Positions 55,971 through 64,000 of a DNA stretch of 64,000 nucleotides are shown in pieces. Under the pieces are notes generated by a model. That model ran no database searches. It was not told the DNA's origin and saw only the letters and a program-made list of their open reading frames with translations. Position numbers and translations under genes: made by a program. Location: contig JBFWJC010000001.1 in NCBI GenBank assembly GCA_050253415.1, forward strand, positions 96,001 to 160,000, in the 5' to 3' direction. How positions within the stretch are numbered: the stretch's first letter is position 1; each line of letters starts with the position of its first letter. Source of the DNA: Pedobacter sp. (lineage in GTDB: Bacteria > Desulfobacterota > Desulfuromonadia > Desulfuromonadales > Syntrophotaleaceae).

Positions 55971-56047
55971 GTTCGTTGCTCCCAGTTACCATCGGTTTTA
56001 TGTATCACTTCGCGCGCCCCTATCCGGCTGAACGCAACCCTTGTTCT

Positions 56048-56524
56048 TCACAAAGGCATCGTCTCAAACCCCCAGTGCCGCAGTTCCTCCAGCACCCTGG
56101 TGACTAACGCGTCCATTTGCGCTGCCACCTGCGGGGATAGTTCCAGGCCCAGATCGAGGCAGGCGGGCTGCACTCCCCACAAAACCACTTCCTGGGGAAC
56201 CCAGCCCCGCAGGCTGGCTACCGCCAGCAGATCGGACACACCCTGCTGATGGGGGGACAACTTGGCCGTAACAACCCGGGGGATCTCGTCATCGGCCAGC
56301 CTGAGCAGAGTTCCCGGCAGCCCTCCCGTCTCGACGGCATCCACCACCAGCAGCTTTTCCACCCCCTGCAGATGGTGCAGAAGAGCGGTGCCCATGGTAT
56401 CTCCATCGACCAGTTTCACGGACGAGGGAAACCGGTAGCGCTGCTCAAGCAACTGCAACAGTCGGCCGCCGACGGAGTCGTCGGACATAATCGGGTTGCC
56501 GATACCCAAGATCAGCACGGACAT
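56048..56524 (-). CDS. Hydrogenase maturation endopeptidase (HyaD/HybD family)
   Basis: LGIGNPIMSDD, VVDAV, SPHQ. Confidence 0.9.
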   Translation of the reverse strand: MSVLILGIGNPIMSDDSVGGRLLQLLEQRYRFPSSVKLVDGDTMGTALLHHLQGVEKLLVVDAVETGGLPGTLLRLADDEIPRVVTAKLSPHQQGVSDLLAVASLRGWVPQEVVLWGVQPACLDLGLELSPQVAAQMDALVTRVLEELRHWGFETMPL

Positions 56525-56565
56525 GCTCTTACCCCGCATCCCAAAGAAACTAAACGGTTGACGCT

Positions 56566-58290
56566 TTATAAAGCTTTCACCTCGTACCCCTGGTTTTTGT
56601 GGGGATCGAAAACATGCACGGCGCAGGCAATGCACGGATCAAAAGAATGGACCACCCGCAGCACCTCCAACGGTTTTGCCTCATCGGCCACCGGGGTATC
56701 GATGAGGGCCTGCTCCACCGGCCCGGGTATATTGTTGCCATCGCGCGGACCGAAATTCCAGGTGGAGGGGACCACCATCTGATAGTTGGAAATCTTGCCG
56801 CCGGAAAAGTTCAGCCAGTGTCCCAGGGCACCGCGCGGCGCCTCGTTCAAAGCCACCCCGCTTCCTGCATCCGGCATCGTGAAGACAGCGCGAAAAGGCA
56901 TTTGCGATCCCTGGGGGCTGGGCGACAGTTGCGCAATCCACCCGCCCATGGCATCGGCTATCACCTTGGTCTCGATGGCACGGGCTGCAGTACGGCCGAT
57001 AGTGGAATACATGCCGGCCAGGCTTATTCCCGCCTTCTGCAAAAAGCTGTTGACCACTTGTACCGTGGCCTGCTGTCCTTTGCCGTAGTTAATCATCACC
57101 CGCGCCAGTGGGCCAACCTCCATGGCCTGACCCTGGTAGCGCGGCGCCTTGATCCAGCTGTATTTGTTCGAAGTATTGATGCCGGTATAATTGGGCACCG
57201 TCTGCCCCTGGGACGGATGCAGGGCGCTGCCGCTATACCAGCTGTGAGTGACATGCTCGCTGATCTGGCTGATGTCCACCGGCTGCACAGAGGCGGTCTG
57301 GCGATTGAAAATGGCCCCGCGCGGGAAATACAGGCTGTCGGGCTCGGCGCCGCCCAAAGGGAATTCCCCGAAGCTCATCAGGTTTTCGCTGCCGCCGATG
57401 TTCGCATAGTCCGCATACCGGGCTGCCAGCCAGGTCGCATCGGGCAGATAGCAGGTGGTAACAAAATCCCTGGCCGCATTGCTGGCGCTGGCGAATTCGT
57501 TGATGCGGGCGGAGGTCAGATCCTTGTTCAGGGGCACCCCGCCGACGATCATGCCGTGGGGATGGGGGTTCTTGCCGGCCAGAATGGCGTGCATGTGCGC
57601 GGCGTTAATCTGGATGCGTAGCGCCTCAAGATAATTGGCCATCATCACCAGGTTTTCCTCGGGGCTCAGAATATAGCCTGAATGCCCCCAGTAACCGTTG
57701 GCGAAGGGGCCTAGCTGGCCGCTGCCGACAAAGGTCTGCAGGCGCTGCTTGACCCCGCTGAAATACGCGGCATTCCGGTTGCGGCCCGCGTAGATCTGTT
57801 TATCCACCGAGGCGGCCTGCGCAGGGTCGGCGTTGAGGGCACTGGTGATATCCACCCAGTCAAGCAGGTGCAGCTGATAAAAATGTACGATATGATCGTG
57901 AATCCACTGCGCCCCCATGAGCAGATTGCGGATCACCCGCGCCTTGTCGGGGATAGCTACTCCGACGGCATCCTCTACGCTTCGGATGGAGGTGATGCCA
58001 TGCACGTAGGTGCAGACGCCGCAAAGCCGCTGGGTGAACATCCAGGCGTCCCTCGGATCACGGTTCTTCAGGATCGGTTCAACGCCGCGAAATAGTGGAC
58101 TGGTGCTCCAGGCGTTACTGACCCTGCCTCCGGAAACCGCGGTTTCCACGCGCAGATGACCCTCGATACGGGTGACCGGGTCGATGACGATATTTCCGGT
58201 GCTCGGGGCTGGAGTCGGCGTTGGATCCGGTGTCGGAGTCGGATCGGTGGGCGGATTATTTGGATTCCCCGGGTTATCTTTTTTTGGCAT
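56566..58290 (-). CDS. Group 1 [NiFe]-hydrogenase large subunit
   Basis: DPVTRIEGHL, L1 QRLCGVCTYVH, L2 SFDPCIACAVH plus cleavable C-terminal tail. Confidence 0.96.
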   Translation of the reverse strand: MPKKDNPGNPNNPPTDPTPTPDPTPTPAPSTGNIVIDPVTRIEGHLRVETAVSGGRVSNAWSTSPLFRGVEPILKNRDPRDAWMFTQRLCGVCTYVHGITSIRSVEDAVGVAIPDKARVIRNLLMGAQWIHDHIVHFYQLHLLDWVDITSALNADPAQAASVDKQIYAGRNRNAAYFSGVKQRLQTFVGSGQLGPFANGYWGHSGYILSPEENLVMMANYLEALRIQINAAHMHAILAGKNPHPHGMIVGGVPLNKDLTSARINEFASASNAARDFVTTCYLPDATWLAARYADYANIGGSENLMSFGEFPLGGAEPDSLYFPRGAIFNRQTASVQPVDISQISEHVTHSWYSGSALHPSQGQTVPNYTGINTSNKYSWIKAPRYQGQAMEVGPLARVMINYGKGQQATVQVVNSFLQKAGISLAGMYSTIGRTAARAIETKVIADAMGGWIAQLSPSPQGSQMPFRAVFTMPDAGSGVALNEAPRGALGHWLNFSGGKISNYQMVVPSTWNFGPRDGNNIPGPVEQALIDTPVADEAKPLEVLRVVHSFDPCIACAVHVFDPHKNQGYEVKAL

Positions 58291-58356
58291 ATGCAACCTT
58301 CCCTATTTGTATCCGGCACAAACCTTCAGCGGATGACTGGCCGTGATAACGCTTCG

Positions 58357-59277
58357 TTAATAGCTGCCCGAATAATCGAAAAACGGGGCCGAATTATCCC
58401 AGAAACCCGGCGTCGTGCAGTTCTTGCACGGCGCATCGGCCTGCACGCACCAACTGGTGCCGCCGTTGTATTTAACCGACGGGCAATTGTGAGCCGCCAG
58501 TGGCCCTTTGCAGCCGAAGTTCTTCAGACACCAGCTGGTGCCGCGGCGCGGGCACTGGCTGTGTACCTTGTTCGCATAAGCAAAAATGGGTCGGCCATCC
58601 CTGTCGGTCCGTGGCATTTGATTGTTAAGCAGATAATTAACGATCAAAGCCGCGATATTCACCGCATTGGGTGGACAACCCGGCAGGTTGATGGTGGAGA
58701 TGCCCGTGGCATCCTTTACGCCCTTGGCTCCGGTAAGACCGCCTGCAGCAGCTGGTAATCCTCCGTAGGAAGCACAGGTACCGACACTTATGACTTTCTT
58801 CGCTTTCGGCAGCACTTCCTGGGCGACCTGTAGCATGGTCTTGCCACCGATCATTCCGTAAATGCCACCGTTGGCGGTCGGTATGGCGCCTTCCACAAAA
58901 CACAGGAATTGCCCGGCATATTTGCTGACTGCACTGTCCAGACAAGCGGTAGCGGCATCACCCGCCGCAGCCATAAGGGTTTCATGGTATTCCGCAGAGA
59001 CCTTCTCCAGAAGAAGGTCATCGATAAATGGATCTGCTGTGCGCAGCAGAGCCTCGGTGCAACCGGTACACTCAGCAAACTGCAACCAGATAATCGGTGG
59101 CCGCGGTGCGGTAGTAATGGCCTGAGCGATTTTGGGAATGAAGGACGCCTCCAGCCCCAGGGTTGCCGCCATCAGGCCACAAAACTTCATGAAATCCCGG
59201 CGAGTTACCCCCTTGCGCTCAACCAATTCGTCGATTTTGTCTTCCAAACCATCCTCGAGCTTATCTTCCGGCTTCAT
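58357..59277 (-). CDS. [NiFe]-hydrogenase small subunit with Tat signal
   Basis: TRRDFMKFC, ECTGCTE, GTCASYGG, PGCPP, HSQC, GCKGP. Confidence 0.95.
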   Translation of the reverse strand: MKPEDKLEDGLEDKIDELVERKGVTRRDFMKFCGLMAATLGLEASFIPKIAQAITTAPRPPIIWLQFAECTGCTEALLRTADPFIDDLLLEKVSAEYHETLMAAAGDAATACLDSAVSKYAGQFLCFVEGAIPTANGGIYGMIGGKTMLQVAQEVLPKAKKVISVGTCASYGGLPAAAGGLTGAKGVKDATGISTINLPGCPPNAVNIAALIVNYLLNNQMPRTDRDGRPIFAYANKVHSQCPRRGTSWCLKNFGCKGPLAAHNCPSVKYNGGTSWCVQADAPCKNCTTPGFWDNSAPFFDYSGSY

Positions 59278-59895
59278 TGAACCTCCCTCCTCGGTGTCCT
59301 GCTCGGTTCGTGGTATCGATTTGAGGTCTTTTGGTTCCTCCGCTGAGTCTTCCAGCGTCAGAATGTCAGGGATTCCTGTCCTGCTCCCGTCCTGCCTCTA
59401 CCTAAGTATCCTGACAATGGGCAATTTTTGTGCCCAAAAAATCTGGCTTCCGACTCTCTCGCCCCCATTCCAGCCGGCAAAAAATGACCTTTTTGAGAAA
59501 AAAACACCATTTATCGCCTCATGCCTCCCAACCCAAAGCGTTTTTTGATCAGCGTTGTCCTGGCGAAATCAACCTGGACTTTGAAAAACGGCATTTTGTC
59601 GGGAAACCCTGACAGCCTTGTTACCTTTTGTGCGCCCGTTATTTCAGGCCCTTAGGAAACGAACCCGGCACTCAGCTGTTATTCCTGTCGGGAATAAACG
59701 ACTTTTTTTGTCAACTACCGTCCCGCAAAAATACGGTATCGGAAAAGTTAAACCCATATCCCTTGGATAAAACCGTGATAAAAGTTTTAAATCGCGTCCA
59801 AATAAACCTTTATATCGCCATCATACTGCCTGAACCATAAGCCTGGCATGTGAAATTTTCCATTATTAAACGGTTATTTGGAAGTTGCACCAAAA

Positions 59896-59918
59896 ACGAC
59901 TTTCGTTTTCAATACCAA
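59896..59918. promoter_or_regulatory. Candidate Fur-type box, copy 1
   Basis: GACTTTCGTTTTCAATACCAA, 20/21 identical to 60816-60836. Confidence 0.5.
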
Positions 59919-60090
59919 TTTTGACATTTTTAGTCAAGTATTGGATGGGGCAACTATAAAGCCTCTCACTGCACGATCGCTTTCCTGGGACAAAAGAGCG
60001 AACCGCATCATGCGGTCCGCTCTAAATCGTCCACCGTATCCAAGTCAATTCATCCCGCTGGATCCAATGCCGCTTATTTTCCCAATTGCA

Positions 60091-60786
60091 TCATGCACCA
60101 ACCGCAGCAGACATTGGTGCCTCTGGGCACGCTCCAGCCGCTCGGCTCGGACACAAACACAAGGTTGGGTCGCATCCGCCATCAAGTCGTTGCGCCATGC
60201 GACGCCGGCAAGCCTTGTGGCAATTCGCCAGCCCCAGACTGCGACTCGGTTCGCCGTAGATCCTCCAGGGACCGTTGCTGCTATAGGGGATCGCCGCCCA
60301 ACCCATGAACCCGGCGACATCCTTAAGCGGATAGCCCAAAAACAGGCCTATTTCATGGGGAAAGGCTTCCCCTTCCACCCGCTGCGTTAACGTTTCAAGC
60401 GCCTGACTCACCCCTTCATAGGGCGGGTAGCCTGCCTTATGCAAAAAGTTGCGTACATTGGGTCTTTGCAAAAGAGACTCAAGCAGGACCGGGCTATACA
60501 GAAGCACCAGGCGACGGCGCCCGCAATCGCTAAGGACCTGTGCTCGCAGTCCGCTGGTCAGCAGCAATCCCTCGGCATAACGTGACCAAAGCCGATACAG
60601 GTTGCGTCCACAGGTATGCGCACGATCGTGCATCGTAACCAGATTGGCGGGTTTGACCCCCTCAAGCACCTCGGCGGAATGAAATGCCAAAAAGGCCGCC
60701 AGACAGGAACGATCATCCTCAATCTTCTTACCAACCCTTTTCCAAAATACTTCAGTCGGCTGTCCTTTGTTTATTTTAGCTCGCAT
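60091..60786 (-). CDS. DUF3793-family protein
   Basis: GVKPANL, FPHEIGLFLGYPLKDVAGF, GPWRIYG. Confidence 0.8.
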   Translation of the reverse strand: MRAKINKGQPTEVFWKRVGKKIEDDRSCLAAFLAFHSAEVLEGVKPANLVTMHDRAHTCGRNLYRLWSRYAEGLLLTSGLRAQVLSDCGRRRLVLLYSPVLLESLLQRPNVRNFLHKAGYPPYEGVSQALETLTQRVEGEAFPHEIGLFLGYPLKDVAGFMGWAAIPYSSNGPWRIYGEPSRSLGLANCHKACRRRMAQRLDGGCDPTLCLCPSRAAGACPEAPMSAAVGA

Positions 60787-60813
60787 ATCGGCTACTTTCC
60801 CTTGATTTTAGTT

Positions 60814-60836
60814 TTGACTTTCGTTTTCAATATCAA
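60814..60836. promoter_or_regulatory. Candidate Fur-type box, copy 2
   Basis: TTGACTTTCGTTTTCAA resembles the TTGAAAAT-N-ATTTTCAA palindrome, about 30 nt upstream of the DUF3793 gene. Confidence 0.6.
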
Positions 60837-61009
60837 ATTCAAAGAGAAATGTCAACGTCCATCGCACCAAATCAGCCGGTCTTTTATCTGAGGACAGTTG
60901 ACGAACGGTACCGAGATGTTAACTGTTTAGAAACGGAATTCTTTATCAACGGGCAGGGATACCCAAGGTATCTTTTCCATTGGGCTGTGCAAGGGGAAGG
61001 GATAGTGAT

Positions 61010-61459
61010 ATGCAGGTGGGTGAAGCATGCAACCGGGATGTTGTTATCAGCGATCGCAACGACCTTATTTCAGATGCCGCAAAACTGATGCGCCACCACC
61101 ATGTGGGGGATGTAGTGGTGGTGGAAGAACGCGATGGCAATTATTTCCCTGTCGGCATACTGACCGACCGCGATCTGGTGGTGGAAATTCTGGCCAACGA
61201 GGTCGCACCCGAAACCCTGCTGGTTGGAGATGTAATGACCTATGATCTGGTCGTTGCCAAGGAGGACGAAAGCCTGCCGGAAGCCATCAAGCGCATGCGG
61301 GACAAAGGTATTCGCCGGATGCCCGTTGTAACCAACGATGGCGTATTGGCGGGGATCATCACCCTCGACGATCTGCTGGACCTGATGGCGGAACAACTGG
61401 CCGACCTGGTGGCAATGGTGGGCCGGAGCCAACGTCGGGAATCCGACCGGCATCCCTGA
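61010..61459 (+). CDS. CBS-pair protein
   Basis: AAKLMRHHHVG, GILTDRDL, GIRRMPVV, GIITLDDLL. Confidence 0.9.
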   Translation: MQVGEACNRDVVISDRNDLISDAAKLMRHHHVGDVVVVEERDGNYFPVGILTDRDLVVEILANEVAPETLLVGDVMTYDLVVAKEDESLPEAIKRMRDKGIRRMPVVTNDGVLAGIITLDDLLDLMAEQLADLVAMVGRSQRRESDRHP

Positions 61460-61499
61460 TTTACGATCCTGTGCTGCAGGAGTGCTCACCGATCGATAT

Positions 61500-62405
61500 T
61501 CAGCGGAACAGCTTCCGCAACAATCCCCGATTACGGGATACCAGCTGCTCAAGGGCGGGGAGTTGCTCTTCGACTGCTGCGACCCCCTCAGCTATGGCTT
61601 CTTCAAACTGGGAAAAGTCGGCCCAGTGCGACCCGTTGTTTCTTGGTCGCACCACCAGGTCGGCCTTACTGCAGCGTTCCGTGCTGAGGGCCCAGCGTGC
61701 AATACCGTCAGCCCGCCCGATAATATCCAGAGCATTTTCCAACTCGCCACACGGGTCGAGAACGCTGGCCACGTCGACCGCCACCACCACATCGGCACCC
61801 AGACCAAAGGCCGGCTCGACAGGCACCGCATCGATCCAACCACCATCGACCAGCAGTCTTCCATCTCCCGATACCGGCGGTAACAAGCCGGGGATGGCAC
61901 AGCTGGCCGAAACCGCCCGCCGCAAACTACCGCTGGTAAAAACAACTTCCTGTCCCGATATCAGATCCAGGGACGTGGTGCAAAACGGGATACGGGTGTC
62001 CTCAAAGGTCAGATCTTCGATCATGAGGGAAAAATTCTGCTGGGAGGCTGATTTGCCGTAATACGACTGCCGTGTCACCACCAGGGTATAGAACAAACCT
62101 TTCCACGCCAGCTGCAGCAACCGATCAAACATGCCGGCATCCTCACCATTCTGGTCGCCAAGTTGATTGAAACGGGTTTCCTTGAATGCGTCGCTGGCCA
62201 GATAGGCCTGAAAACGTTCCTTTAGAACCACCACGGAAGGTTCAAGTGCATAGATTGCACCGATGATCGCGCCCATGCTGGTTCCGGAGATCATATCGAT
62301 CGGCAGCCCGTATTTTTCGAACGCTTCCAGAACCCCGATATGCGCCAATCCCCGAGCCGCACCGCCACCCAAAGCCAGAGCCACTTTATTGCGCCGCTTA
62401 AACAT
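61500..62405 (-). CDS. Patatin-like phospholipase (RssA-like)
   Basis: GGGAARG, GTSMG, VDGG. Confidence 0.9.
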   Translation of the reverse strand: MFKRRNKVALALGGGAARGLAHIGVLEAFEKYGLPIDMISGTSMGAIIGAIYALEPSVVVLKERFQAYLASDAFKETRFNQLGDQNGEDAGMFDRLLQLAWKGLFYTLVVTRQSYYGKSASQQNFSLMIEDLTFEDTRIPFCTTSLDLISGQEVVFTSGSLRRAVSASCAIPGLLPPVSGDGRLLVDGGWIDAVPVEPAFGLGADVVVAVDVASVLDPCGELENALDIIGRADGIARWALSTERCSKADLVVRPRNNGSHWADFSQFEEAIAEGVAAVEEQLPALEQLVSRNRGLLRKLFR

Positions 62406-62566
62406 GAGATCTTTCTCCCCCTGTGAATCCATCCACTCGGTTGCAAGTCATAGAATTGATTTCACCCTGGGACAAACATATCCGCCCATTTTCCATTTTT
62501 TATTTGATAACATTAATTTTATCTGAAACAATGACATCCTTATATCATTCTAACAAGGATGCCACC

Positions 62567-63250
62567 ATGCCCGCCATAAAAGACTGGCCTGAAGACGAAC
62601 GACCTCGAGAAAAATTGCTGCACCGGGGAGCGGAAGCTCTCAGCGATACGGAGCTGCTCGCCCTGATACTGCGCAGTGGCGATGCGGCCAGCGGCAACAG
62701 CGCCATCGATCAGGGAAGATTGCTGATTCAACGTTTCGGTTGCCTGCGCAGCCTGGCGGGCGCGACCGTTGCCGAACTGCGCGCCATCAAAGGCATCGGA
62801 CCGGCTAAGGCTGCTGAATTACTGGCGGTGTTTGAACTGGCACGCCGCTTTGGGCGTAACGCGCTACGCCCTGGTGACCGTTACACCACCCCCCAGGCAG
62901 TGTTCGCTCACTTTCACGAACGCCTGCGCGATCATAAGCGGGAACGTTTCATCGCCCTGCTGCTGGACAGCAAGAACCGTCTGCTACGCGAAGTCGGTAT
63001 CTCGGAAGGCAGCCTGACCGCCAGCATCGTCCATCCACGCGAAGTGTTTGCGCCGGTGGTACGCGAATCGGCAGCGGCGGTGCTGTTCGTTCACAACCAT
63101 CCCTCCGGCGATCCGGCTCCAAGCCGCGAAGACCTTGATATCACCCGGCGTCTCAAAGAAGCCGGTGAACTGATGGGCGTGCGGGTGCTCGATCACATCA
63201 TCATCGGCAGTGAAGGTTATGTCAGCCTTGCCGACCGTGGCCTGCTGTAA
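62567..63250 (+). CDS. radC: RadC/UPF0758 JAB-domain protein
   Basis: ERPREKLL, GIGPAKA HhH, VHPREVF, HNHPSGD, VLDHIII. Confidence 0.93.
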   Translation: MPAIKDWPEDERPREKLLHRGAEALSDTELLALILRSGDAASGNSAIDQGRLLIQRFGCLRSLAGATVAELRAIKGIGPAKAAELLAVFELARRFGRNALRPGDRYTTPQAVFAHFHERLRDHKRERFIALLLDSKNRLLREVGISEGSLTASIVHPREVFAPVVRESAAAVLFVHNHPSGDPAPSREDLDITRRLKEAGELMGVRVLDHIIIGSEGYVSLADRGLL

Positions 63251-63312
63251 AAGAGGGGCGGTTGCTTCAAGGTTACAGACCATGGTATGATTTCGAACGT
63301 TTACGTAAAGAC

Positions 63313-63338
63313 GACCGGGGAGACCCCGGTCTTTTTTT
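63313..63338 (+). terminator. Rho-independent terminator
   Basis: GACCGGGG/CCCCGGTC followed by T7. Confidence 0.85.
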
Positions 63339-63391
63339 CTGATGTATACCCTACGTCGCATAGAGAACCTTTAGAAAGCGAAATAACAAGC

Positions 63392-64000
63392 ATGTCCCAC
63401 ACCCCGAAACGCCCCGAACTGCTGGCCCCCGCAGGCAGCCTGGAAGCCTTTTTTGCCGCCATGGAATCGGGCGCGGATGCCGTTTACTGCGGCCTTAAGG
63501 AATTTTCCGCCCGCGCCAAGGCACGCAACATATCCATGACCGATCTGGAAGGGATGCTGGCCTACGCCCGCAACCTGGACCGGCGCATTTATGTGACGGT
63601 TAATACCCTGATCCGCGAAGAGGAACTGCCGCGCCTGGCCGAAACCCTGGCCGGACTGGAAGCAATGGACGTCGACGGTATCATTCTGCAGGACCTGGGC
63701 GTCTGGAAAATGGCGCGGGACCATTTCCCCGGCCTGCGGCTGCATGCCTCTACCCAGATGACAGTGCATAATGCCGCCGGCATCCGCACTCTGGAGCGCA
63801 TGGGATTCAAGCGGGCGGTGCTGGCCCGCGAACTGACGCTGGACGAAATCACTGCCATCCGACGGGATACCTCCCTCGAGCTGGAGCATTTCATCCACGG
63901 CGCCCTGTGCTTCTGTTATTCGGGACAGTGCCTGTTTTCCTCCTGGCTTGGAGGTAAGAGCGGCAACCGCGGCCGCTGCGCCCAACCCTGCCGTCGACGT
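63392..64000 (+). CDS. Peptidase U32-family protein (RlhA/TrhP-like), truncated by the window end
   Basis: Manual translation PELLAPAGS, GADAVYCG, HASTQ, VLAREL, HGALCFCYSGQC, NRGRCAQPCRR; absent from the ORF track. Confidence 0.9.
   Translation, partial: MSHTPKRPELLAPAGSLEAFFAAMESGADAVYCGLKEFSARAKARNISMTDLEGMLAYARNLDRRIYVTVNTLIREEELPRLAETLAGLEAMDVDGIILQDLGVWKMARDHFPGLRLHASTQMTVHNAAGIRTLERMGFKRAVLARELTLDEITAIRRDTSLELEHFIHGALCFCYSGQCLFSSWLGGKSGNRGRCAQPCRRR

Noticed and set aside
56600..56650. Selenocysteine (NiFeSe) large subunit
   Set aside because: The L2 motif is encoded with TGC Cys codons; there is no in-frame TGA
62567..63250. radC as a marker of a mobile element
   Set aside because: It is the full-length chromosomal type with the N-terminal HhH region, in a housekeeping context
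63392..64000. U32 protein as the TrhP partner of cmoAB
   Set aside because: It is truncated and about 50 kb away; TrhP cannot be told from RlhA with the visible part

Overview
A 64 kb chromosomal window from an anaerobic deltaproteobacterium. Gene content (rubrerythrin, acetoin/butanediol genes, periplasmic NiFe hydrogenase, sigma54 regulation) suggests Desulfuromonadales, Pelobacter/Syntrophotalea-like; this is inference only. Housekeeping genes lie at both ends: surA-like, pdxA, uvrA, Ktr/Trk, cmoAB and pgm on the left, radC and a U32 protein on the right. Between them is a mosaic accessory region. It holds a TRAM-less methylthiotransferase-like radical SAM gene, small genes separated by 9-nt-periodic palindromes (one an orphan phage Mu GemA-like gene), and a THUMP + PflX-type radical SAM pair. 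It also holds two diguanylate cyclases, an AcoR-like/acetoin reductase unit and a YqhC/YqhD-like aldehyde detoxification module. Further on are a MoxR-type AAA + DUF2201/vWA pair whose HExxH glutamate is lost, and a LysR gene with a decayed duplicate. A self-contained NiFe hydrogenase operon carries its own hyp, Tat and Ni-uptake genes but no cytochrome b subunit. I saw no rRNA, tRNA, CRISPR array, integrase or transposase. All calls come from reading motifs by eye; no database searches were run.
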